NCBI GenBank assembly: GCA_047601445.1 | Contig: JASGJH010000001.1 | Span: 4,288,001-4,352,000, forward strand | Direction: 5' to 3' | Origin: Myxococcales bacterium | Lineage (GTDB): Bacteria; Myxococcota_A; Polyangia; Polyangiales; DASUME01 | DNA length: 64,000 bases | In this document: piece after piece, positions 30,215-39,897 of the stretch | How the letters are laid out: the number at the start of each line of letters is the position of its first letter | How positions within the stretch are numbered: position 1 is the stretch's first letter | Position numbers and translations under genes: made by a program | Notes under the pieces: generated by a model | The model's input: only the letters and a program-made list of their open reading frames with translations | What the model was told of the DNA's origin: nothing | The model's database searches: none

Positions 30215-31612
30215 ATGCGTGCCATGTGGCTGAGTGCGTTGCTCGCGCTGACTTTCCCTTCTGTTGGATGCTCCGATGCTGGTGGCTCCGGGAGTTCACC
30301 GCTCGCTGCGCAAAGAGCAGCCGCACAGGTGAGCAACGCCTCCTCGGGCCCGGGGGTCGCGCCGAGCGCCACGCTCTCCTGGGTGGACGAGCAAGCCGTG
30401 CTCGACGCCAACGGACCCGTGCCCAAAGTCACCGCCAAGACCGTCTGCGGCTCGGACACGGAGACCTTTCTCGTGGAGCTCCTGAAGACGGCGCCCGGTG
30501 ACTCGACGGTGCAGCGCGAGTGGGCCGACGTGGACCCCGCCGGTGCTCAGGTCTCCATTCGCGGCGTGGTGAAGACGACGCACTTGGGCCCGCCCGACAT
30601 CCCCATGAATCACGCGCTTGGCGACGACCTGTCCATGAACGTGCTGCTCGAGAAGCCCTTCCTACCCTACACCTTCCACCTAGGTCCCAAGCCCGGCGAA
30701 GAAGGCGAGGACGCCATGCACGTGGAAATCTCCGCCGGCTACATCCCCCATGTTCCGGGGAAGAGAGGACCGAAAATGGGGCAGATCTGGAACGACTTGA
30801 CGGATCAGAACCGCCAGGGGTTTCAGCCCGGGTTCGCGCATCCGAACGTGGGCGACACGGCGCTGGTGCAGGGGCGCTACATCGTCGACTGCGGGCACCC
30901 CAACTATTCGAGCGAGCTCCACGCGATGAGCTTCGTGGCCTGGACCCAAACCCAACACGGACTCACCACGGCGCGCGCCTACTACAATGGCTATCGCGAC
31001 TCCGAAGACTACAACGTTGACTTCAGCCTCTCCGGTCAGACCGAGGACCCGGGGCGCTTCGAACTGCCGGGGACACGCACGCTGCCGGATCAATTGGAGG
31101 CAGAGGCTCCACGTCTGCTCGTTGGCAAGAAGCTACGCTTCTACGGACTGCTCGACGCGGTGGACATGCCGCCTCTGGACTGGCAGGTCTGCGCGCCCCC
31201 CGATGCCAGCGGCAGCCTTCGCTACGCCTATGACTTCGTCACGCGCTCGGGCGTCAAGCTGACCTTCGAACCCGACGCGCACACCGGATGCGTGGCGGTG
31301 CACACCAACTTCGAGCAGGCCTATCGTCCGGCTGACATCGCGACCCGCCGCTGCGACGTGAGCCTGAAGGCGGTCACTGAAGGGGCCAAGGGGGACCTCG
31401 AGAACAGCAGCTTCTCCTTCGGGGGCGTCGTGGGAAGACTGATCCCCGCCAACATCTTGGGAGGCCTGCCCGACCTGCCCATGGAAATCTCCTGCGCGGA
31501 TGCCCTGGCCGGCCCGAAGGTCAACGCCACGCCCAGCGGGCGCAATGTACGCGTGGACGACGGTCAGCCTTTTCCGTTTTACGGCGTACTCACGGTGACT
31601 CGTACCCGATAG
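30215..31612 (+). CDS. Uncharacterised lipoprotein (His-rich, possible OB-fold)
   Basis: Lipobox VGC; motifs MHVEI, P.VGD...VQGRYIVDCGH, SELH. Confidence 0.7.
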   Translation: MRAMWLSALLALTFPSVGCSDAGGSGSSPLAAQRAAAQVSNASSGPGVAPSATLSWVDEQAVLDANGPVPKVTAKTVCGSDTETFLVELLKTAPGDSTVQREWADVDPAGAQVSIRGVVKTTHLGPPDIPMNHALGDDLSMNVLLEKPFLPYTFHLGPKPGEEGEDAMHVEISAGYIPHVPGKRGPKMGQIWNDLTDQNRQGFQPGFAHPNVGDTALVQGRYIVDCGHPNYSSELHAMSFVAWTQTQHGLTTARAYYNGYRDSEDYNVDFSLSGQTEDPGRFELPGTRTLPDQLEAEAPRLLVGKKLRFYGLLDAVDMPPLDWQVCAPPDASGSLRYAYDFVTRSGVKLTFEPDAHTGCVAVHTNFEQAYRPADIATRRCDVSLKAVTEGAKGDLENSSFSFGGVVGRLIPANILGGLPDLPMEISCADALAGPKVNATPSGRNVRVDDGQPFPFYGVLTVTRTR

Positions 31613-31717
31613 CCAACCCACGAGAACCTTCCTCCCACAGGGCGCTGGCAGCAGGTTCATGGCCTGGGACTGGAAGCATCGAGGCCGCCGGACGAGAAGT
31701 CCGCTACACTCCGGGCG

Positions 31718-32173
31718 ATGCTGGTCCAGGGACCGACCATGATCTTCCGGCACGTCGACGGCGTGTGGGTCGGCGTGCATACGGCGGAGCCGCCGACCGT
31801 GGACGAGTGGACCGCGTTGTGCGGCGAGGTAGCGCACCTACGTCGCGAGACGCGGGGGGTCATCATCTACACTGAGGGAGGCGGACCGGACTCCAAGCAA
31901 CGCGAGCTGCTGCGCGCGGCGCTTCAGAATACGCCGCAGCACGTCGCCGTTCTCACCCACTCGAGCGTGGTGCGACTGATCAGCACGACCCTCAACTGGC
32001 TCTTCGGGCGCCAGACGATCTGTGCCTTCGCACCCAGTGATCTCGATGGCGCGCTGGCGTTCCTGGCGCAACACGACGGGGCCTTGCCGCGCGCCACGGT
32101 GGTCGAAGTGATGGGCGACTCGACGCTCCAATTGGGCTTGAAGCCGCCGCCATGGTTCACCAGCGCGGCCTGA
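31718..32173 (+). CDS. Myxobacterial STAS/SEC14-like protein
   Basis: H....PTVDEW, T.GGGP...QR, VAVLT.S.VVR..T.LNW, AF.P..LDGAL.FL. Confidence 0.7.
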   Translation: MLVQGPTMIFRHVDGVWVGVHTAEPPTVDEWTALCGEVAHLRRETRGVIIYTEGGGPDSKQRELLRAALQNTPQHVAVLTHSSVVRLISTTLNWLFGRQTICAFAPSDLDGALAFLAQHDGALPRATVVEVMGDSTLQLGLKPPPWFTSAA

Positions 32174-32227
32174 ACGTCGAGTACGGGGCCCAAGCCGTAC
32201 GAAGGACCCACGACGCCGCGCTTGGGG

Positions 32228-32731
32228 TCAGCTGATCTTCGCCGCGAGGAGCTCGTCGAGCTGATCGAAGGTCTCGCAGGTGCCTGGAATCACTCCGGAC
32301 GCCAGCGCTTCGTCGAGGGCCTCCTTGGACGGGTGGAGCTCGTGCAACGTCAGCGTGGTCCTCCCGGCTTTCTCGGTGAACGTCGCCGTGCTGACGAAAT
32401 CGCCCGCGTCCGCGTTGGTCCAGACGAGACGCGCCGGCCGCTGAACCTCCAAATACGTTCCGTAAAATTCCATGGTCTTGGGGCCCTCGACCGCGAACAC
32501 ATAGCGATACTGTCCGCCGACGCGAAGGTCGATCTCACAGGAGACGAGCTTGATGCCGAACGAACGCGGCGCCCACCAGCGCGTCACGAGCTCGGGCTTC
32601 GTCCACGCATCGAACACCACCTCCGCGGGGCCGTTGAAGGTCCGCGTGACGACGAGCTCGCAGTCCGACTTGCGCTCGATGGTGGTCTGATTCTTCGTCA
32701 CCGGCTCACTTGCGTTTTTTTCGACCTGCAT
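32228..32731 (-). CDS. SRPBCC/AHSA1-family protein
   Basis: TRTFNGP..VFDAWT.PE, DLRVGG.YR, GTYLEV..P.RLV. Confidence 0.92.
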   Translation of the reverse strand: MQVEKNASEPVTKNQTTIERKSDCELVVTRTFNGPAEVVFDAWTKPELVTRWWAPRSFGIKLVSCEIDLRVGGQYRYVFAVEGPKTMEFYGTYLEVQRPARLVWTNADAGDFVSTATFTEKAGRTTLTLHELHPSKEALDEALASGVIPGTCETFDQLDELLAAKIS

Positions 32732-33048
32732 GACCCTTCTCCGCTTTCATTTCCTCGATGAGCTCGTCCAGAGCCTCGAAGCGTCCGTCCCAGAGTTGGC
32801 GATAGCGCTCGAGCCAGTCGTGAATCTCACGGAGCGGCTCCGGACGCAGCGCATAGAGCCGCTGCTGCGCGCGCGCTTCGACCCGCACGAACCCCGCGTC
32901 TTTCAGCAGCTTGAGGTGCTTCGACACCTGGGGTTGGTTCAGCTGGAGCTTCTCGCCGATTCTCGTTCACCACGCAAGGCCCCGCACGTAGGAGCTCCAC
33001 GATGCGATAGCGATTCGGCTCGCCCAGTAAGGCAAACGTCTCGTTCAC
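32706..33048 (-). pseudogene. ArsR/SmtB-family regulator with +1 frameshift (probable assembly error)
   Basis: FALLGEPNRYRIVELL...VNE joins IGEKLQLNQPQVSKHL.LL..AG.V if one A is removed at about 32960 (GAGAATC to GAGATC). Confidence 0.85.
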
Positions 33049-33056
33049 ACCCTCGT

Positions 33057-33085
33057 ATATGCCCTACGCGGCATATGCCTGTCAA
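33057..33085 (-). promoter_or_regulatory. ArsR autoregulatory operator overlapping a sigma-70-type promoter
   Basis: Perfect ATATGCC-N6-GGCATAT (33057-33076) and TTGACA on the minus strand (33085-33080), just upstream of the arsR GTG. Confidence 0.7.
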
Positions 33086-33256
33086 TGCATGTTGTGGCGA
33101 TTTCGGTCGGAGCGCAGTGCACGCGGTTCCGGCAGCGTGCAGTGCGTGGCGGGGTTGTGCACTGATCGGGCGCCCGCGTCGCGCTGAGCCCCACGGGGAC
33201 TCGAGGCGTGAGGCGAACGCGGCTGCAGAGGGGCTAAACTCCAGGAGGGAGGCACC

Positions 33257-34054
33257 ATGCCGGAGTCTCACGTGCCCAGCAAGCAGCCGGGCGACGACTG
33301 TTTTGTCGCCCTGGCAGAGTCCATCGACGAGCTGGTGTTCGTCTGGACCACGGACGGGCAGCTCCTGTGGGCGAACGAAGTGTTTGCCCGGGAGACAGGC
33401 ATGCGCGCCGACGACTTCGGCTTCGACAACCGCGACAACCCCTTCATCCACCCGGACGATCTAAAACGTGTACTGACCCAGCTCGATGTCTTCTTCAACT
33501 CAGACGCACGGCGTTCTCCTCCCATCGAGAATCGCTTCATCGACCTCTGGGGACGCACGCGTCACCTCAGCTCCATCGTCCACAAGATCACATGGAAAGG
33601 GGAGCCCGCTCTGTTGTTTTCTGCGTCCCTCCAGCGGGAGCGCGATGGACGGAACGAGAGTGACGTCATCCATCAGCAGCTAGTGGAGGCAGCGAGTGAG
33701 CTCATCTTGAGGCTCGATCCTTCGGGGCGCATCGTGTACTCGACTCGACGTTTTCAGCATCTAATCGGACTCCCCGTCGTGATCATCGCCAAGCGTCAGC
33801 TACAGGACTTCCTGGAACCCGACGATCGCGGACAGTTCGAGAATGCGCTACGTCGCGTACAGCAAGTCGACACCTCGGTGAGCCTCGAGCTCAGCCTGCG
33901 TTCGGCCTCGGAGGGCGTGCGACGCATGAGCGCCAAGCTCACTCGGCTCGCGGATCGCGCCACACCGTGCTTGCTGGTACTGCGCGACGTCACCGAGCTG
34001 CGAAGACTCGAAGCCGCGCTCGAACATGGCGACAAGAATCGCCCTACTGGCTGA
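33257..34054 (+). CDS. Tandem PAS-domain protein (possible truncated histidine kinase)
   Basis: Two PAS domains (IHPDD; LEPDDR...VLRDVTELRRLE); GGAGG RBS; no output domain. Confidence 0.75.
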   Translation: MPESHVPSKQPGDDCFVALAESIDELVFVWTTDGQLLWANEVFARETGMRADDFGFDNRDNPFIHPDDLKRVLTQLDVFFNSDARRSPPIENRFIDLWGRTRHLSSIVHKITWKGEPALLFSASLQRERDGRNESDVIHQQLVEAASELILRLDPSGRIVYSTRRFQHLIGLPVVIIAKRQLQDFLEPDDRGQFENALRRVQQVDTSVSLELSLRSASEGVRRMSAKLTRLADRATPCLLVLRDVTELRRLEAALEHGDKNRPTG

Positions 34055-34141
34055 AGTGGTGAACGGGCTGGCCCGCTCCCGAGTAGGGCCGGGCACACCG
34101 GCTGGGCATGAGGCGAAGGAGGCGCTCACCCCGTCAAGGGC

Positions 34142-35860
34142 ATGGCGTTTGCTCTGTACTGCTCCCGCAGGAGTACGGTGGCACAACTTGACACTTCGTT
34201 GCACGCACGGCGCTCGCGCGTCGTCGCCGCAGGCTTCGCTTTGCTCGTGGCCGGACTCGTTGCTGCGCAAGTCGTGCTGGTGGGTGATTGGCGAGTCGAC
34301 GACTCCTACATCACGTTCGCCTTCTCGAAGAATCTCGCCCTCGGTCGCGGGGCCATCTATAGCCACGACGTTCGTGTCGAAGGGTACACGAACTTTCTTT
34401 GGATGGTCCTCAACGCGGTGCCGATCGGGCTGTGCCCGGACGCGGACCCCATCTGGGCGGCGCGTGTGCTCGCCTTCGTGTTCCTGGCGGTATTGCTGTG
34501 GAGTGTGTACGAGCTCGGCAAAACGCTGCTGCCGACGTCCTGGGCCATCCTTCCAGTGGTCCTGCTGGCGTGCTGGACTGACCTCTCCCGGGCTGCTTTG
34601 TCGGGCCTGGAAACGGTGCCCCATGCCGCGCTCCTTTCAGTCGGTGTCCTCTTCTACTCCCGCGAGGCGGTGAGCCAGCGTCGGGACTCACTCTGGTGGT
34701 TCATGCTCGCCGCGCTGATGCGGATCAGTAGCATCACGCACCTGGCGTTCGTTTTGTCGTTCGAGGCGGCATGGTGCTGCACGCCGCGGGGCATGTCCGT
34801 TCGCTCCGTCGCGCGCTGGGCGTTGCCACCGTTGCTGGTGTTCGGCGCCTACTTTCTGTGGCGTTGGTCGTACTACGGCCTGCCGCTGCCAACGACGTAC
34901 TACGCCAAGAACCTGGCCGCAGCGAGAGAGCCCCTACGCGGACTGCAATACCTCACCGACGCTGTGAGCGACCTCGGCGGATACTGGGTAGCGCTCCCGG
35001 TGACCCTCGCGGTCGTGAGGCACCCCGACGTTCGCAAAGGATTCTTGGCGGCGTTGATCGCCGCGGAAGTCGCGACGGTGGTGCACGTGAAGGGCGACTG
35101 GATGCCTTTCAATCGCTTCTGGATCCCGATCGGAGGCCCACTCGCAGTCTTGTTCTTGGTTGGTTTGAGAGAGCTTTGGGTATGGGCAGCATCGCGGGCG
35201 AAGTTGCCGCGACGCGCACTCGAGGCAGGGACGGCGGTCGTGTACATGGCGGTCATTCTGCACGTGGACTCGCACGTCGTATTCACGGACGAGGAGGCTG
35301 CAAAGCTGCGGCGGGCAGCCCGCGAAAAGACGCACACCATGCGGAACCTCCTGGCGAACTGGCGCTTTCTCGCGGCGATCACGCGCCAACCTGGCGATCT
35401 ACTCGTCACCGACTACGGTGGAGTCGTCGGATACTATACCGACGCCAGCGTCATCGAGATGTGGGGGCTGTGCAATCGAGAGATCGCTCTGCGGGGCAAC
35501 ATCGAGGGCATCAATCCCATTTTTGGGAAGACGTGTGTGGCCTGCTACGCCGAGTTCGAGCCGGACTACTTGCACACCAAGACGCCTCTCGTCCGCGACG
35601 CGAACGCCTTTGCAAACCAGACCCAGGTCGTTCGTGCAGTCTTCCAAGGACCGGCACTCGACCGCGTCCTCGACTTCGAGCGCAACTACGTGACTGGGCG
35701 GGTGCTCAACCGAAAGGGGAAACGCGCTCTGTTCTTCCTGGAGCGTCGCAGGCCAGGCAGGATCCTGGCGACTCGACGACACTCGAACGGCGTGTATGTC
35801 GACTATCCTTTCGAACAGCAGCGACAAGTTGACCATTCCCTTAATTCGGAAGCAAGGTGA
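34142..35860 (+). CDS. GT-C fold membrane glycosyltransferase (AftB/PMT-like)
   Basis: DDSYITF, VEGYTNFLW, SGLET, YYG..LPTTYYAK, GDWMP..RF, MWGL; about 10 TM helices. Confidence 0.75.
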   Translation: MAFALYCSRRSTVAQLDTSLHARRSRVVAAGFALLVAGLVAAQVVLVGDWRVDDSYITFAFSKNLALGRGAIYSHDVRVEGYTNFLWMVLNAVPIGLCPDADPIWAARVLAFVFLAVLLWSVYELGKTLLPTSWAILPVVLLACWTDLSRAALSGLETVPHAALLSVGVLFYSREAVSQRRDSLWWFMLAALMRISSITHLAFVLSFEAAWCCTPRGMSVRSVARWALPPLLVFGAYFLWRWSYYGLPLPTTYYAKNLAAAREPLRGLQYLTDAVSDLGGYWVALPVTLAVVRHPDVRKGFLAALIAAEVATVVHVKGDWMPFNRFWIPIGGPLAVLFLVGLRELWVWAASRAKLPRRALEAGTAVVYMAVILHVDSHVVFTDEEAAKLRRAAREKTHTMRNLLANWRFLAAITRQPGDLLVTDYGGVVGYYTDASVIEMWGLCNREIALRGNIEGINPIFGKTCVACYAEFEPDYLHTKTPLVRDANAFANQTQVVRAVFQGPALDRVLDFERNYVTGRVLNRKGKRALFFLERRRPGRILATRRHSNGVYVDYPFEQQRQVDHSLNSEAR

Positions 35861-35876
35861 GGCTTCGCGTGGAGAG

Positions 35877-36617
35877 TCACGCCGTGCGTTGCACGCGGCC
35901 CGTGGCGCTGAGGGGTGCCCCGATCCGTCGGTCGTCAACCAGGCGCTTCGTGACCCTTCCGGCGAACTCCTCGGTCACGACGTACACGTGCACGTCCTTG
36001 CTCGCCGAGCGGAGCTTGCCCTTTTGCAGGGCGAGACGCTCCGTGGTCACCTTGTAGAACGGACGCTTGAGGATTGGCTCGAGCGCAGCCCTGAACGCAG
36101 GCTTCAAAAAAGGCAACGTGCACTTCACGCTGTCGCGTAGGACCGTGACCGTGGCGTCCAGGGCTCCGCGATCGTGCGCGCAGTAGGCAAGACACTGCAG
36201 AGCCTTCATGAAGACGAAGGCCTCGAAGTCCGGGGCCTCGAACGTTGCCTCATCGCTATCGTGCTCGATGTGCACGACTGGGCTCGGCTTGCCACGTGCC
36301 GCGAGGCTGGGAACCCATCCCCACTCATTGCCAGCGGCGCCCTGCGCGAAGGCAACGAACGCAGGCCAACGTGGGCGGTCGGACGGCTTGCCTCGATGTG
36401 CCGCCGCTCGCCGCAGAATCTCCTCCGGCGCGAGCCATTCCAGGTCGGGGTGAGCCTTCAGCACGTGAGGCTTGGGCGCTCCGAGTCGCTGCCCGTTCTT
36501 TCGCCCCCCTTCCGCCGTCCTGCTGCGGAGGAGACCGCGGGCCGACATTCGTTCATAGCAGGGAGACACCACCACGCCGTAGTGCTGCTTCAGTTCGCTC
36601 ACGAGGTTTGCGGGCAT
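35877..36617 (-). CDS. SMI1/KNR4 (SUKH)-like protein
   Basis: LEWL.PEEI, FVAFAQGAAGNEW.W, PVV...HD, APDFEAFV. Confidence 0.6.
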   Translation of the reverse strand: MPANLVSELKQHYGVVVSPCYERMSARGLLRSRTAEGGRKNGQRLGAPKPHVLKAHPDLEWLAPEEILRRAAAHRGKPSDRPRWPAFVAFAQGAAGNEWGWVPSLAARGKPSPVVHIEHDSDEATFEAPDFEAFVFMKALQCLAYCAHDRGALDATVTVLRDSVKCTLPFLKPAFRAALEPILKRPFYKVTTERLALQKGKLRSASKDVHVYVVTEEFAGRVTKRLVDDRRIGAPLSATGRVQRTA

Positions 36618-36662
36618 CGCGCGCAACCTTACCATGGGATCGCGTTCGGACGCCCTCCACGT

Positions 36663-37681
36663 TCATCGCTCGCGCACGCCGAGGGCTCGCTTCGCACGAG
36701 CGGACAAGAGCGCCGTTTCGTGCGTGACCTGTCCGTCATGCGTGCGCCCCAACCAAATCGGGTCGTGATTGCGGCGTGCCGGGAAGAACAGCACCAAGGA
36801 GCCGGTGTCCTTGCGGTACCAGAGCTCGAACGCGTGGGCTTCGTCGTTCTTGTAAAACGTCTGCAGCGCCTCACGGGCGCTTTCCAGGGCCGCGCCCTCG
36901 AGGCGACCGTCGGAAGGCAGGCTGCGATTCTTGTTGCGGGCGCAAACGGGCCACCACGGAGGCGGCTTCGGCGAGTGCAGCCTGTTGGGCCGTCTGCGCC
37001 CGATCCGGTCGGGCTTCACTGCGCAGCTGGACGCGGGTGCGCGTCGCGAAGGACACGATGGGGTCGCGCCGCCGCTCGATGCGATAGACGGCAAAGCCCA
37101 CCGAGAGCAGGCCGACAACGAACAACGCGGAGAGCCTGCGCGGAGCGTGCTCCTGGTGGAAATGGATCACGCTGGTGACGATGGGCATCAGGAACATCAG
37201 CACTACCACCGCCTCCGCGAGCAGGGAACCCAGCGCGATCGGCATGTAGTCGTCCAGCGCGAGCTCCGGCGGACACACCCGCAGGTACTGCACCACCAAG
37301 GACACGACCAGAAAGCAGAACGCTGGCCAGGTGTAGCCCTTGTAGAGCCAGAACTCGTCGCGCGCGCTTCGGTTGAAGAGCCAATAGGGCGCGAGCAGCG
37401 GGTACAGCACGTAGTACAAGAAGGTCCGCGGAGGATGCTCGCTGTAGAACGCCTGAAACGCCAGTTCGTTCGAGAACACGCGGCACAGCAGCGGGCGGCC
37501 CCCCAGCGTCCTGCGCGCGGTCTCTCCGAGCAAGAACACGCCAAGGGCAGCCCCCACCTGCACGATGGCTCCGGTCACCGGAAAGAGCTGCGCCGCGAAC
37601 ACCACCCAGAAACGGGGCCGCGGCGAAGAAGCTCAGGCGCAGGGCGAAATCGAGGCTGCGGCGAAACGTATCGAGCTGCAC
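36663..37681 (-). pseudogene. Membrane protein split by two +1 indels (probable assembly errors)
   Basis: Three ORF pieces join: extra G at about 37606 (APFL-VVFAAQ) and extra A at about 36928 (RPQQD-RSLPSDG). Confidence 0.65.
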
Positions 37682-37727
37682 AGTGGGGCCACGACTCTAT
37701 CACGTCGACACGGACGATATGCGGCCC

Positions 37728-39644
37728 TCATCGTCGACACCGCGCACCTCCACTCAACGTCCGAGCTTGAAGCTCGCGCTGCCCTTGGCTTCGGCCTTGA
37801 CGGTGGGCGCCTTGATTCTCAGGTCCCTTGAGCTTGACGCCCGCTCGAGCCTTGCCCTGCCCCTTGGCATCGCCGGCAGCGGCTGCCAGCGCTTTACCGT
37901 TGGCCTCGAGCTTGGCGTCCGCGTCGAGCTTGGCCTTGGCCTTGGCCTCCAGCTTCGCCTTGGGGCCATGCAGGTCGAGCGCATGATGTGCATCCACGCC
38001 AGGCGTACCAATCACGGCAGCGGCGTCGAGTTCGGGCGCGTCCACATTCCAGCTCGCGCGCGCTTCCGCCGCCGCCTGGAGGTTCGGCGGATTCACGTGG
38101 ATGGCATGACCGAGTTGAAGGCCCCACTTGGCGTCGAGTTCGCCCCGTGCACGCGGCGGCTTCACGGCGAATACGGTCGCTAGCCTACCCTTCACTTCGG
38201 CGCCCAGGATGGCCTTGGCTGCGAGCTTCGGAGGGCGCATATAGAAGGCCACCTTGCCGCGCGGCGGGGCCACGTTGGCGCTGGCCTTGGCCTGCCAGTC
38301 CAGGCTCGGAGCGCCGATCCAAAGGGCGCGCGCCGAGGCCGTGAACTTGGGGGTCGGCGGCGTGAAGAACTTGAACTTGAGCTTGGCGTCGAGATCCGCG
38401 CTCGGAACGGCAGGCGGCGTGACCTTCGCATAGAACTCCGGCACCACCACGCCCACGAACGTCGCGTTCATCCGCCCGCGGGGATGGTGCAGGTAGTACG
38501 AAAAGCGCAGGGGCTCGAAGTAGGCACTGGCGACGAGATCGAAACGCTTGGGCCAGAGTACGGCGGCCTGCACGCGCGGCTCCACCTTGGCCCAGGCTTC
38601 GACGTCCGGATGGCGCACGTACAGGTCACCTGCCAACACGGCGTGCGATAGATAGGCCTGGCTCAAGTATTCCAGGCGCAGTGCGGTCAGGTACGACGCC
38701 TCGAGGTCGAGCGCCGCCTCCGGCAGGGTTGCTTCGTAGTGGGGAGTCGCGTTCGCTTGGGCATCGGCTGCAGCGGTCGTCTCGAACTTGGCGAGTGGTG
38801 CGCTCAGGTTACCGACCACGCCGTAGCTGGCCTCGAGCTCCGACGCGAGCTTCGCCATGGCATCTCCGTGAAGGGCGATGGTGGCATCCGCATTGAGACC
38901 CGCTTCGGCCTGGTCGCGCCATGCTCCCCAGTTGTCCTCGCGGAATGCCACCGGAGCGGCCAGGGTGCCGGCCCCCTCGAGAGCCACCGCGTGGTTGGCT
39001 TCGAGTGTGATGGGAGCATTGAGGGCGGCCGCTCCGGCCACGGACAACGCGCCCTCTTCCACACCGACGCGAGCGTCGCCATCCGCCGCGACACCGACGC
39101 CGAACACCGTGCCCTTGGTGGCGACGATGCCTGCCGACGTGAACACCACAAAGGGTCCTTCTCCGGGCATACGAGGCGTGACGCTGAAGCGAGCCACTCC
39201 ACCTAGCACGGCGGCCGACGAGGCCGGATCGGCCGTGCTCACGCGACTTCCGATCGAAAGGGTGGAGACTTCGGCGATCTCCGCGGTGCTCTGATCCGCG
39301 AACAACACCGTCGCACGCGCGTGGTCGCCTACCCGCACTTGGTCGCCGAGATAGAGCGCCTGATGGGGCTTCGCCGCGCCGAACGCTTCCTCTCCCAATC
39401 GCCGCACCTCCACGGAGCCATCGACCCCTGCGAGAACGGCCAGGGCTCCTTCCGAGTGTTGGATGCCGCCCGCTTCGATGCCGACTTGTGACACCAGCGC
39501 CGACGCGGCCGCAGCGGCCATCACGTCGTTGGTTGGAGCTTCGGCGCCAGCGCGCGTTGCGGCGTCGTCACCGCATCCGCAGAGAGCTGCCGAGGCTGCG
39601 ACCATCGTCGTCAACATGGTTTGCAATGGGGCTTTGGTTCTCAT
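37728..39644 (-). CDS. FecR-domain lipoprotein with Ala/Lys-rich C-terminus
   Basis: Lipobox LCGC; LYLGDQVRVG..A.ATV.F.D.S, F.V.T..G....KGTVF.V, VGVEEG; AKAKL-type low-complexity tail. Confidence 0.78.
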   Translation of the reverse strand: MRTKAPLQTMLTTMVAASAALCGCGDDAATRAGAEAPTNDVMAAAAASALVSQVGIEAGGIQHSEGALAVLAGVDGSVEVRRLGEEAFGAAKPHQALYLGDQVRVGDHARATVLFADQSTAEIAEVSTLSIGSRVSTADPASSAAVLGGVARFSVTPRMPGEGPFVVFTSAGIVATKGTVFGVGVAADGDARVGVEEGALSVAGAAALNAPITLEANHAVALEGAGTLAAPVAFREDNWGAWRDQAEAGLNADATIALHGDAMAKLASELEASYGVVGNLSAPLAKFETTAAADAQANATPHYEATLPEAALDLEASYLTALRLEYLSQAYLSHAVLAGDLYVRHPDVEAWAKVEPRVQAAVLWPKRFDLVASAYFEPLRFSYYLHHPRGRMNATFVGVVVPEFYAKVTPPAVPSADLDAKLKFKFFTPPTPKFTASARALWIGAPSLDWQAKASANVAPPRGKVAFYMRPPKLAAKAILGAEVKGRLATVFAVKPPRARGELDAKWGLQLGHAIHVNPPNLQAAAEARASWNVDAPELDAAAVIGTPGVDAHHALDLHGPKAKLEAKAKAKLDADAKLEANGKALAAAAGDAKGQGKARAGVKLKGPENQGAHRQGRSQGQRELQARTLSGGARCRR

Positions 39645-39897
39645 GCCGCGCACTGTCGATCCCAACGCAAGACCACCGAAAGGTCCGACGCGGGAAAAGC
39701 CCGCAGGTGCGAGCACGTTTTCCCCGAGCACGCCCCCTGTGCGATGCCCGATGCTTCGCAATGAAAGTCGATGCTTGCGCGACACCGCGGATGGCGCGGG
39801 CCGAATGTAAAAGGTTGTCGCGCGGTCCGAAATGCAAGCCAGGTCGCAACTGTGCCTTGCGCTTGAAGCCTACCGATCCGCTTGGTACGAGCCCGGC

